Below, piece after piece: positions 26,167-38,563 of a stretch of 64,000 nt of DNA. This DNA is from Eledone cirrhosa. Lineage: Eukaryota. Under the pieces are notes generated by a model. That model searched no databases. It worked only from the letters and a program-made list of their open reading frames with translations, and was not told where the DNA came from. The first letter of the stretch is position 1. The number at the start of each line of letters is the position of its first letter. Made by a program: the position numbers and the translations under genes. The DNA is taken from NCBI GenBank assembly GCA_964016885.1, contig CAXHJY010001123.1, positions 1 to 64,000 of the forward strand. Reading direction: 5' to 3'.

Positions 26167-27299
26167 TGATTTTTCTGGAATGTTTTTTCAATGGTATTAT
26201 TATATCTAATGGTATTTCCCCTGTTGTTGTGTGGTCTTGTATAGAAGTTTCGGACGTATTGAGGTTCGGTTTGTTGATAGTCCGGGTTGTAGATTTTGTT
26301 CCTTTGTGTGGGTTGGGATCTACGGTTTTGGAACAGGCTCTGTGTGGGCAGGGGTCTACGGTTTTGGAATAGGTTTTGTGTGGGTTGTGATCTGCGGATC
26401 AGGTCCTGCCTTGTGTTCGGGGATCTTTGGTTTTTGTTAGTAGGGTTATAGTTTTGTCTATGGTTTCTGGGATTATCGTTATAGTTTTGCTGGGGGTATG
26501 TTGGACGTTTTGTTACTTTTTTTGTTATTTGTTGTGCATGTGGTGTGTGAGTTTTAGTTTGTTTTAAAAATGGGTTACCTGTATGTTGTTCATTTTTGAA
26601 GTCCATTTCGTAGTTGTTGAACCAGGTGGCGTTTTTTTCCCATCGCTGGAGGGATGTTAGTTCTTCATCCTCACAGTTTTCTTTCCAAAGTTTTAGGGTT
26701 TTTTTGTAGAGTAGGCCTTCAGAGTGCTTTGAGATTTCTGTGTCCATCTGTTGGTCGAGTGACTTGAATTTTTCTTCGTTGGAGTTGGCTCTTAATCGCA
26801 ACAATTCTATTTCTGTTTTAAATTTTTCCAATGCCATCTTTTCTCTAAGTCTTTGTTGGTTTTCTGGTTCATTCGGGATGGGTTTTATTTGGAGTTTTTT
26901 GGGGAGGATGATTGGGGTAGAGTTTAGCCACTTTTCATATATGTCTGCCTTGCCATTATTTTTTAGGAGATTCCAAAGGGCGAATTTGCGGGCTGTGAGC
27001 TTTTGAGTCCATATGTTGATTAGGGTGTTTTTCACTGAGTGGACATCTCGTAGATTGGGTTCTAACGGTTGTTCCAGATTTTGGAGCATTGCTGTTTCAA
27101 TGGTTTCGAACAGCTTAGTTAATACTGGAGTAATATTCGTCTCTTGGGTATTTTCTGTTTCTTCGTGGGGTCCTTTTTTATAGATGTGTATTTGGTCCAC
27201 TTTCTTGGTCAAAATTGAGAGTTTAGAGGAAATCTCTTTGAGTTCATTTAAGATGTCCTGGTTCAGTGAGTTGTTGTTTTGTTGAGACTTTGGTGGCAT
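26097..27299 (-). CDS. PLE ORF1, 400 aa, coiled-coil N-terminal half and N/Q/R-rich repeat C-terminal half
   Basis: ATG-initiated uninterrupted ORF directly after the upstream pLTR. A homologous remnant exists in the second PLE. Confidence 0.85.
   Translation of the reverse strand: MPPKSQQNNNSLNQDILNELKEISSKLSILTKKVDQIHIYKKGPHEETENTQETNITPVLTKLFETIETAMLQNLEQPLEPNLRDVHSVKNTLINIWTQKLTARKFALWNLLKNNGKADIYEKWLNSTPIILPKKLQIKPIPNEPENQQRLREKMALEKFKTEIELLRLRANSNEEKFKSLDQQMDTEISKHSEGLLYKKTLKLWKENCEDEELTSLQRWEKNATWFNNYEMDFKNEQHTGNPFLKQTKTHTPHAQQITKKVTKRPTYPQQNYNDNPRNHRQNYNPTNKNQRSPNTRQDLIRRSQPTQNLFQNRRPLPTQSLFQNRRSQPTQRNKIYNPDYQQTEPQYVRNFYTRPHNNRGNTIRYNNTIEKTFQKNHFLDQGYRTHDTRWHKPILKNRK
26160..26166 (-). 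promoter_or_regulatory. Putative -1 ribosomal frameshift slippery site U_UUU_UUA
   Basis: CAT TTT TTA is in ORF1 phase. The -1 frame is closed by TGA at 26188-26190 and open from there through RT-EN. Confidence 0.75.
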
Positions 27300-27464
27300 T
27301 TTCGGTCTTCGTGTGGTGGGTATATATTAGAAAGTGAGGTTTATTTTACAAAATGAAAAATAACCGAGGTGTCCTACACGAGTGAAAGTATAAAGAAAAA
27401 GAGATGAAATCGAAAATGCAACTGGAGTCTTATTTAAAAAAAAAAAAAATATATTTATTTGGTT

Positions 27465-27502
27465 CCTTTACCGGTTTCGCAGTTCTTCTGCTTTTCCAAA
27501 GG
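27465..27502 (-). ncRNA. Hammerhead of the upstream pLTR (core U4G mutation)
   Basis: CCUU UGGAAAA GCAG AAGAA CUGC GAAA CCG GUA AAGG. Confidence 0.6.
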
Positions 27503-28947
27503 TGAGTTGAGATGGAGGGTCTGTGGTTTTTCTCACATCTGGTTGGTCTCTGAATGTTACTTGTTTTATATGGAAAAAGTGGCTCGAAATGCCAGGTTTT
27601 TCGAGAAGTAATTTGATTGGTTTGTCAATAATTATAATAAATTTCGCGCCAGTTCGCGTTACAATAGTTCTTCCAATAAGAGGGGGGGGGGGGGGTTGTC
27701 ACAGATTGTTTTTTCATATATGAGTGTTTGAATTTCTTTTTACTTGAAAAAAGGAGGTTCACGAAGGTTTTTTTTTGGTTGTTTATAAATGATACACATA
27801 CACACACACAATATATATATATATATATTCTCTTCATCTTAACATGCTAACCATACTCCCACACACATAACACCCATACACACACATAACAACCCCCACA
27901 CCCACAACTCCCTCCCCATTTCTACTAATAGAACCACTTTCCTACACACATATATATACACACACACAAAATATATATTCTCTCCATCTTAACATACTCG
28001 CACACACACACATAACACCCATACACACACACACAACTCCCTCCCCCATTTCTACTAATAGAATCATCTTCCAATACACACATACACACACACACACACA
28101 CATACACACACAGAAGCACACAAATAAACATACATATCTTCACTTCAATAGAAAATCTGAACTCTGACACCCCAGCGAACTAACTATATTCACTGAACCA
28201 GAACAATTCTCCCAATCCCATTTCTCTTGACTACTATCTTTCCATTGTCATAACATTCGGTATAAAGACTACAGAATAGTTTTCCAAATAAGGGCGCAAA
28301 AATGTAATGAAAACTTGTTCACGTGACAGCCAAATTTCATTTATAACCAATCAAATCACGTTTATTAAAAAATCCTTCGTGAGCCACCTTTTTTTAAATT
28401 AAAGAAATTCAAACACACACACACACACACACGCACACAAGCACACAAATAAACACACATATCTTTACTTTCTTTATTCAATAGAAAATCTGAATTCTGA
28501 CACCCCAGCGAACTAACCATATTCACTGAACCAGAACAATTCTCCCATCCCTTTCTCTTGACCATTATCTTTCACTTATCAAAAAATTCTCTAAAAAGGC
28601 TACAGAATGGATTTCCAAATAAGGGCACAAAAATTTAATGAAAATTTGTTCACGTGACAGCCATAATTTCATTTATAACCAACCCCCAAAAAGCCTTCGT
28701 GAGCCTCCTTTTTTCAAGTAAAAAGAAATTCAAACACTCATATATGAAAAAAACAACCTGTGACAACCCCCCCACCTTATTTGAAGAACTATTGTAACGC
28801 GAACTGGCGCGAAATTTATTATAATTATTGACAAACCAATCAAATTACTTCTCGAAAAACCTGGCATTTCGAGCCACTTTTTCCATATAAAACAAGTAAC
28901 ATTCAGAGACCAACCAGATGTGAGAAAAACCACAGACCCTCAACTCA

Positions 28948-28985
28948 CCTTTTGAAAAGCAGAAGAACTGCGAAACCGGAAAAGG
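28948..28985 (+). ncRNA. Hammerhead of the inverted pLTR (cleavage triplet mutated to GAA)
   Basis: CCUU UUGAAAA GCAG AAGAA CUGC GAAA CCG GAA AAGG. Confidence 0.6.
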
Positions 28986-29116
28986 AACCAAATAAATATA
29001 TATATTTTTTTTAAAAATAAGACTCCAGTTGCATTTTCGATTTCATCTCTTTTTCTTTATACTTTCACTCGTGTAGGACACCTCGGTTATTTTTCATTTT
29101 GTAAAAAAAACCTCAC

Positions 29117-29842
<726 letters not shown>

Positions 29843-29857
29843 ATATATATATATATA

Positions 29858-30190
29858 TTTCAAAGTAAGGTTTTCTAATATATCCCACATGGGTAAAAAT
29901 ATAGGAAAAAGAAGTTAAAAATGTAATTGGGGACTTTAAGAAGGTTTATTTACAATTCTTTATAACTTTAGTGGTTTCGCAAGTTTTATGATTTTCAAAA
30001 GTTAAAAGAGATGGAGAGATGTGTGGTTATGCTGACTTGTAACTAGCCTGATGCGAGTGTCAAGTCAGCATAACCTCACCTACCTCCATCTCTTTTAACT
30101 TTTGAAAATAATAAAACTTGTGAAGCTAGTAACGTTATAAAGAATTGTAGACCTTCTTAAAAACTCCAATCGTATTTTCAACTTCTTTTT

Positions 30191-30195
<5 letters not shown>
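29858..30195 (-). mobile_element. Older, diverged fold-back pLTR (UUGAAAA-type hammerhead remnant)
   Basis: Imperfect arms 29901-30039 and 30061-30195. AACUU UUGAAAA...GAAA...AAGUU on the minus strand. Shares CUCCAUCUC with the 22-29 kb element. Confidence 0.6.
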
Positions 30196-30245
<50 letters not shown>

Positions 30246-30250
<5 letters not shown>

Positions 30251-30452
30251 AACCAGTAAGACCCCGACAGCTGAGCTCAAGCCGTTTCGACGGCTAATTC
30301 TGGACTCAATATTTGAGTCCAGAATTAGCCGTCGAAACGGCTTGAGCTCAGCTGTCGGGGTCTTACTGGTTCCTATTACCCACTCTACTACCTCAAGTAT
30401 TGAGTACTTTGGTGCGTTATGGTCCACCTGGTTCCTTACCACATTTCCTTCG
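30246..30452 (+). mobile_element. Fold-back solo fragment (131-bp perfect palindrome plus tail)
   Basis: Arms 30246-30309 and 30313-30376. Relatives at 47735-47922, 41453-41491 and 63525-63590, all next to (TA)n. Confidence 0.75.
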
Positions 30453-30515
<63 letters not shown>

Positions 30516-30519
<4 letters not shown>

Positions 30520-31293
30520 CCGGCGTTGCTCGGGATTTGCTATAGGGTTCTTATATATTTGATATATATTTATCCTTATCGAACCTCGTGAAATAAATAC
30601 GTTTGTTTATATTTTGTTATTGTGTATGCAAAAATATCTGTCCATAAATATATAATTATATATATATATATATATTAAAATAACAGACTAAAGTTTAAGC
30701 AAAGAATCACTGCTTTCACCCTTAACGGGATATTCTACCTAAAAGCAGTATGAAGTACATACACTAAGACTAATTGATGTAATCTTTGGCCTTGTTTGTT
30801 TATATTTTGTTTTTGTGTATGCAAAAATATCTGTACACGAATATCTATATTAAAATAACATATTAATGTTTAAGCAAAGAATCGCTGCTTTCAACCTTAA
30901 CGGGATCTTCTTAAACTAAAAAAAATAATCTGGAAAACAGGAAGACGATACTTTGGTTCGTGAAGACGTTCCCTGGCATAAGAATATATATACACACACA
31001 CACACTGATCGCGTCATAATGACGTAATGCAGACAGTCAGGCATACAGAGAGATATTATGAAGGCGCGACGTCATATCTATGTATCTATCTAAAAAGAGA
31101 AAATCTAAAGAGAAAGAGATCGCTAAATCGCCTAATGCAGTCCCTAGGGCATTGAAAATTTGAAATTTCTTTTGCTCAAAACACTTCCGGGGCCATACGA
31201 GTTACATGTATAAAGTTTGAAAAAAACCGGTTGGGTATATCTCGAGTTTTAGGGAAACAGACACACAGACATCCTTTGTTTTATATATATAGA
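30516..31293 (-). mobile_element. Non-autonomous Helitron with nested fragments
   Basis: Minus-strand 5' end A|TCTATATATATAAAACAAAGGATGTCTGTGTGTCTGT. 3' hairpin CCCGAGCAACGCCGGG. No terminal CTRR is visible before the (TA)n tract. Confidence 0.62.
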
Positions 31294-31315
31294 TATTTAT
31301 ATATATATATATACA

Positions 31316-31456
31316 CTCCAGATACATATTTGTGCACAGGTATAGAATTTCTGGACACACTCCAGATACATGTGTACAGTTTGTGCACAGGTATAAATTT
31401 GTGCACAGGTATACAATTTCTGGACACCCTCCAGATACATATTTGTGCACAGGTAT
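31316..31456. repeat. Short minisatellite (CTCCAGATACATATTTGTGCACAGGTAT...)
   Basis: Three to four degenerate units. Confidence 0.8.
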
Positions 31457-31683
31457 TCCAATACGGCAAGGCCTAATGGATCCCCCTTGCAGTACGTACA
31501 ATCTGGACACACACACACACACCTTGGTATTATGCCAATACTATATATCATTTCACACCTTTTATTATTAAGGTTTTTGATGTTCTATTGAGAGAATCGA
31601 TTTTACTGAAAATATCGAATAATGTACACCATTTTAACAGAAATAAATACTGATCCACCCACCCCCACACACACACACACATT

Positions 31684-31787
<104 letters not shown>

Positions 31788-31971
31788 CACACACACATAC
31801 ACACGCGTATATTAACATACAAAGAGACATACAAAGAGACATACACACACACACACACACACTTCTCCGTATAAGACAAGAGCTTAAAAAATATCTTTTA
31901 ACATGCAAAAATATCCCCCCACACTTACAGACACATTCCTACTGACCATCCCTCTACCACGAATTACTCAG

Positions 31972-32006
<35 letters not shown>

Positions 32007-32149
32007 TCTTAATAGGCATTTGAACTGTCAACAGGCTGCGGTTCGCACACACATTCCTGCTGACCATTATCACAACAACGAACCTCTTTACTACTACTAC
32101 TACTACACACACACACACACACATATTTGTTGTGAAAGACTTATTTCTC

Positions 32150-32518
32150 AGTCAGCCGACACAAACCTACATTTGGCGCAAAATCAATTTTTTACATTCA
32201 CATGACCTCTACCGATCAATCAAAATTGTTTTGACCACAAGAATTTTTGCAACACGAATTTGCGCAAAACTTATTTTAATACCGCTGGAGCCACTTTTTT
32301 AACATAAAAACAGGTAGAATTCCCAAAACTAATCAGATCAGAGCAAACATCACGGACGCTCTATCTCAAAATTATTTTTGAAAAGCATTAGAAATGCGCA
32401 ACCGGTAAAACTTAAAACCAAAACCTAATATTAACCAATACTATTACTAATTCTCACTTATTCCTAATTAAACTATTTTTCACTGTGAACAATTTGTCAG
32501 CATTTTCTATTCCGTTTA

Positions 32519-32520
<2 letters not shown>
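32150..32520 (+). mobile_element. pLTR remnant of another Neptune-like family
   Basis: GAGCCACTTTT motif at 32288, then a decayed hammerhead UUU UUGAAAA GCAU UAGAA AUGC GCAA CCG GUA AAA at 32375-32410. Ends at (TA)n. Confidence 0.62.
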
Positions 32521-32558
<38 letters not shown>

Positions 32559-32819
32559 TACAATAACAGAGATAGTTTAAAGCTAATCTCTGACTGGTAA
32601 CCATCTCACTCAACAAACATTAGGTTATATTTTAATATAAACCCAATTTAAGTGTTTGGGGTGCTAATAATATGTATTATGTGAAAAAGCCAGTTGTATT
32701 ATTTTATGAGATATAATTAAAGTTAAAATATATCTCTCTTTCCAAACAATTGTTTCATTATAAGTTTTCTACAATCTCGGAGAATATTTCCAGTTTATGT
32801 AGAAGCCTAAAATACATTC

Positions 32820-32870
<51 letters not shown>

Positions 32871-33040
32871 TATAGATAGGTAAATATACACGGGTGTGTA
32901 TGATTGTGTATAGAAGATTATATTAATAAGAGGAATTCCAACTTTGTCTGATTTACTCGTTTTATTTACAATCCTTTAAAATATATATAATGGTATTATA
33001 ATGAAATAGTATGATAGAATATTAAATTCTAAGTGTTAAT

Positions 33041-33079
33041 TGAACAAGTACTTTCATGCTTTCGCAATCTTCAGGTTCA
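33041..33079 (-). ncRNA. Minimal hammerhead ribozyme
   Basis: UGAAC CUGAAGA UUGC GAAA GCAU GAAA GUAC UU GUUCA, with a palindromic AAGUACUU stem III. Confidence 0.8.
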
Positions 33080-33453
33080 TGATATGTGGTGACAGTCGAG
33101 TTTGTAATTTTCAACTGTAATGAGATGGGTAAATTTCCTACCTTTTATACATTTTATACAGAGAAAAGTGGCTCCAGAATGCAAAGCCCTGTAAACTGTA
33201 TTTCGACCAATCAGTGTGTAGTTTCACTGAATTACTACAGCTGATTGGTTTAAGCGTCACGGCTGGTTGAGCATGCTAACGACCAATAGTCATATCCAAC
33301 GTATCAATTGTTTTGCTTTTTGAAATGATGAAAATAGCATTTTCTATTAATCATCACCATCAACATCACTTTTATTATTATTATTATTGTTGTTGTTGTT
33401 GTTGTTAGTGGTCGTGGTCATAGTGGTAGTAGAAGTAATACCCCTAGGCGTTA

Positions 33454-35767
33454 TTATTGTTCATTTAGCTTGGGTTTGAATTTATCAATAAAATTCTTTT
33501 CTTTGATTTTTCTCTTGATTTCACTTGGGCTGTGTAATTTGTAGAATGGGAATATTATAAATATTCCCTGACCACATGTTGCCAGGTGGCCGCTTAGGGG
33601 TATCTGACGGACATTTGGGTCTCTGATTTGTTGACGGTGTACCCGTGCACGTTCCGATAGTGCATTTCCAGTTTGACCGACATATAGTTCTTCACAATTC
33701 GGGCATTTAATGCAGTAAATTAGATTTCTGCTTTTGCAGTTCATATTTGCATTTGTGAATATTTTTCCAGTTTTTGTTTTCATATATTGACCGGCGTGTA
33801 TGGATTGACATGTGCCGCATCGATTATCATTGCATTTAGATACAGTGAATGATTGGTCTTTGTTGTTAAGGTCAAACTTTGCTTTTGTTAGCAATTGCTT
33901 CAAATTTTTTGGCTGTCTTTTACTAAGAGTCAAAGATCGATCTCTGATTAAGCCTTTTAATTCATTACTTTGAGCAATGATCGGTAGGTTTGCTTTGGCA
34001 GTGTTGAATATATTCTGGTGACATGGGTTGTGTGTCATTATAAATGGTATGACCAGTTCTTGGTTTCTTCTTCCTTGGGTTGTTCTAAGTTGTTGTATAG
34101 GTATTTTTATAGCCCGCTGTATGCCATTTTCTATAAGTAGAGATGGGTATTTTTGTTTGAGCAAAAATTCTCTTAGTTCTGTTAGGCGTTTGTACCTGGT
34201 ATTCGTATCTTCTACAATGGTACAAATTCTTCTGGCTAGGCAGTATGGGATGTTGCGTTTTGTATGAGGTGGATGGCACGACTTAAAATTCAGATATTGA
34301 TGGGTGTCTGTGTGTTTATAATATATATCCGTGGTAATGGTGGTGTCGTTTTTGATTATCATTATATCTAGGAATGGTAATTTGGTCCTACTCATCTCTT
34401 TTGTGAATTGGAGAGATGGGTGTAGGTTATTCAGGAGGATATTGAACTCATCCAGAGTATCTAGAGATTCTGTCCAGATGATGAAACAGTCGTCAAGGTA
34501 TCTCTTCCAAGATTTTTCAATGTACTTTCTAAAGTCAGTACTATATTTTTCCTCTATTTCTTGGTAGAGTTGTTGTTCTAAGTATCCCATTACAGAGTTC
34601 GCGTAAACGGGAGCAAACTTCGTTCCCATCGCTGTGCCTCTAATTTGGATGTAATTCTTTCCATTGAAGAAGAAAGTGTTGTTTTCCAGAATAAGTTTAA
34701 CTGCGTCTAATATAAATGGCGCTGTGAATCTAATGGGAATCACTTCTCTATGTTTTTCCACCCAGTATTTAACCGCCTTTATTCCTAAATCATGTGTAAT
34801 GTTGGTGTAAAGGCTTACCACATCAAAACTGAGTAGAAGTGAATTCGTTTCCGTGGTTTTGGGAAGATGGGACAGGAAGTCGATATCATCCCGGATGAAA
34901 CTGGGTGTGTGAATACATAGTGGTTTCAAAATAATGTCAGCAAAATTGCTTAGACGGTGAGTGGGACATGTTGGACCAGCTATAATAGGTCTAAGTTTTA
35001 AGTCTTTTGGGTGTAATAATTTAATGTACTCACTGTTTTGTTCTCTTACTGCCAGTTGTATTTCTTTTGACTTGTGAACTTTCGGTAGGCCATACAGGTT
35101 GCTGGGTTTTGGCTCAAAATTGGTGATGTAGTCTCTTTCCTTATCAGTAAATGAGTTGTGGTATTTTGAAGCCAGGTTGCTGATCTTCTTCATGATGTTG
35201 TGGTCTATATTTGACGGTATTTCATGATAGAATGTTGTGTCTTTCAGTTGTTCCTCAACCAAATCCTTGTAGTATTCAGTATCTATTATAACAACTGCAC
35301 CCCCTTTATCTGCTTGTTTAATAATTATTGTTTTATCATTTTGTATACGTTTAAGTGCAGACATTTCTGATTTGTTAATGTTTGGCCTAACATTAGTATT
35401 ATGTCTAAGAGGAAATTTAGACAGGATGTCAATGTATTGGTCGAGATAGATATTTCTTCCTTTTGGCGGAGTGAAATTTGATTTATTCTTTACTAGTCAT
35501 TCATCACTCTCATTATTTTTATCAGCGAAGAATTCTACAAGACGCAATTTTCGACAGAAATTCTTGGGTATCCTCCTTCAGTTCTTGGTGGTTGACTGTT
35601 GGAGTCGGTGTGAATTTCAGTGCTTTTGACAGAATTTGCATTTCATCATTGTCAAGATCTCTTTTAGATAAATTAATTATTTTAGGATCTACGTGTACAG
35701 CTGTTTTGGGTATGTTTCCTCCTGGAGTTTTTCTTTTTCCGGTTTTTGTTGTCCTGACGTTAAAAAA
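33454..35767 (-). pseudogene. PLE RT-GIY-YIG ORF (636-aa open core; N-terminal part has a +1 frameshift at ~35560 and a TGA at ~35498)
   Basis: KIINLSKRDLDNDEMQILSKALKFTPTP...IKQADKGG, YGLPKVHK, RYLDD, CNDNRCGTC, LIYCIKC..C..LYVGQT. Confidence 0.92.
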
Positions 35768-36400
35768 TGGATTTTTCTCTGTTCAGGATTTATATTCCTG
35801 TTGGTGTTCGGTTGATGAACTTTTGGTCGTGATATTATATTTAGTTTCGTTATGTATTTTGTCCTATTTTTGGTATTCTGTATATTATTTTTCTTCCTGT
35901 TAGCATTATTTTTAACAATCTGGGAAAGTGACCTAGGTTTGCTTTCAGGTTTAGATCGTTTTTTCGTCCAGTTTCTTGTGGGCAATCTCCGTTGAGATCT
36001 TGAGAGTGATCTGGTTATTCTACGTTTTGTTTCCACATTCCTTGTTGGTAGTCTCTGTTGAGATCTTGAGAATGATCTCCTGGTTTTACTACTTCTCATG
36101 GTCTGGTCAAAGGAATACCTATCGTGTTTGTGCTTTTTGTTCATGTTGTGTGCGATAGGGTGTTTTTGTAGAAAAAGCGAAGAGTTATTACCGTAGTTCT
36201 TCTTTGATTCAAGGTAAGGTGAGTGTTTGTGTTGGCACGTGTTCTGGCGTATGTTGTGTTGATGAGATTGTCCACTTTTAATGCTTTTTCTCAGGGTTCC
36301 AGAGTCTTTACCGTAATTTGCAGCATATTCATCGAGAAATAATTGTTTCTGCTGCCATATCTTTCTTGATTTGTTTTCTTCTTTTGAGATATCTCCGATC
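35689..36400 (-). pseudogene. 5'-truncated ORF1 of the second PLE
   Basis: W..DISKEENKSRKIWQQK aligns with WKENCEDEELTSLQRWEK of the first ORF1. Arg/Ser-rich repeats RSQQRLPTRN and RSQRRLPTRN. Confidence 0.75.
35761..35767 (-). promoter_or_regulatory. Putative -1 frameshift slippery site U_UUU_UUA (second PLE)
   Basis: CAT TTT TTA is in ORF1 phase. The -1 frame opens after TGA at 35783-35785 and leads into KIINLS...LKFTPTP. Confidence 0.75.
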
Positions 36401-36410
36401 CAAAAGAAAT

Positions 36411-38028
36411 ACAAAAGAAATACAACTGGCAGTAAGAGAACAAAACAGTGAGTACATTAAATTATTACACCCAAAAGACTTAAAACTTAGACCTATTATA
36501 GCTGGTCCAACATGCCCCACTCACCGTCTAAGCAATTTTGTTGACATTATTTTGAAACCACTATGTATTCACACACCCAGTTTCATCCGGGATGATATCG
36601 AATTCCTGTCCCATCTTCCCAAAACCACGGAAACGAATTCACTTCTACTCAGTTTTGATGTGGTAAGCCTTTACACCAACATTACACATGATTTAGGAAT
36701 AAAGGCGGTTAAATACTGGGTGGAAAAACATAGAGAAGTGATTCCCATTAGATTCACAGCGCCATTTATATTAGACGCAGTTAAACTTATTCTGGAAAAC
36801 AACACTTTCTTCTTCAATGGAAAGAATTACATCCAAATTAGAGGCACAGCGATGGGAACGAAGTTTGCTCCCGTTTACGCGAACTCTGTAATGGGATACT
36901 TAGAACAACAACTCTACCAAGAAATAGAGGAAAAATATAGTACTGACTTTAGAAAGTACATTGAAAAATCTTGGAAGAGATACCTTGACGACTGTTTCAT
37001 CATCTGGACAGAAGCTCTAGATACTCTAGATAAGTTCAATATCCTCCTGAATAACCTACACCCATCTCTCCAATTCACAAAAGAGATGAGTAGGACCAAA
37101 TTACCATTCCTAGATATAATGATAATCAAAAACGACACCACCATTACCACGGATATATATTATAAACACACAGACACCCATCAATATCTGAATTTTAAGT
37201 CGTGCCATCCACCTCATACAAAACGCAACATCCCATACTGCCTAGCCAGAAGAATTTGTACCATTGTAGAAGATACGAATACCAGGTACAAACGCCTAAC
37301 AGAACTAAGAGAATTTTTGCTGAAAACAAAAATACCCATCTCTACTTATAGAAAATGGCATACAGCGGGCTATAAAAATACCTATACAACAACTTAGAAC
37401 AACCCAAGGAAGAAGAAACCAAGAACTGGTCATACCATTTATAATGACACACAACCCATGTCACCAGAATATATTCAACACTGCCAAAGCAAACCTACCG
37501 ATCATTGCTCAAAGTAATGAATTAAAAGGCTTAATCACAGATCGATCTTTGACTCTTAGTAAAAGACAGCCAAAAAATTTGAAGCAATTGCTAACAAAAG
37601 CAAAGTTTGACCTTAATAAGAAAGACCAATCATTCACTGTATCTAAATGCAATGATAATCGATGCGGCACATGTCAATCCATACACGCCGGTCAATATAT
37701 GAAAACAAAAACTGGAAAAATATTCCCAAATGCAAATATGAACTGCAAAAGCAGAAATCTAATTTACTGCATTAAATGCCCGAATTGTGAAGAACTATAT
37801 GTCGGTCAAACTGGAAATGCACTATCGGAACGTGCACGGGTACACCGTCAACAAATCAGAGACCCAAATGTCCGTCAGATACCCCTAAGCGGCCACCTGG
37901 CAACATGTGGTCAGGGAATATTTATAATATTCCTATTCTACAAATTACACAGCCCAAGTGAAATCAAGAGAAAAATCAAAGAAAAGAATTTTATTGATAA
38001 ATTCAAACCCAAGCTAAATGAACAATAA
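36411..38028 (+). pseudogene. Inverted partial RT-GIY-YIG copy
   Basis: Starts at KEIQLAVREQ. A 1-nt insertion near 37323 splits it into the 359-aa and 194-aa ORFs. Confidence 0.92.
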
Positions 38029-38410
38029 TAACGCCTAAGGTATTACTTCTACTACCACTATGACCACGACCACTAACAACAACAACAACAACAACAACAA
38101 CAATAATAATAATAATAAAAGTGATGTTGATGGTGATGATTAATAGAAAATGGTATTTTCATCATTTAAAAAAGCAAAACAATTGATACGTTGGATATGA
38201 CTATTGGTCGTTAGCACGCTCAACCAGCCGTGACGCTTAAACCAATCAGCTGTAGTAATTCAGTGAAACTACACACTGATTGGTCGAAATACAGTTTACA
38301 GGGCTTTGCATTCTGGAGCCACTTTTCTCTGTATAAAATGTATAAAAGGTAGGAAATTTACCCATCTCATTACAGTTGAAAATTGCAAACTCGACTGTCA
38401 CCACATATCA

Positions 38411-38449
38411 TGAACCTGAAGATTGCGAAAGCATGAAAGTACTTGTTCA
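38411..38449 (+). ncRNA. Minimal hammerhead ribozyme (mirror of 33041-33079)
   Basis: Same sequence on the + strand. Confidence 0.8.
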
Positions 38450-38563
38450 ATTAACACTTAGAATTTAATATTCTATCATACTATTTCATTATAATACCAT
38501 TATATATATTTTAAAGGATTGTAAATAAAACGAGTAAATCAGACAAAGTTGGAATTCCTCTTA

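Noticed and set aside
36318-36410. Hydrophobic membrane-anchor-like N-terminus fused to RT in the 359-aa ORF
   Set aside because: It is antisense ORF1 sequence joined by the inversion junction, with a TTG start; a chance fusion.
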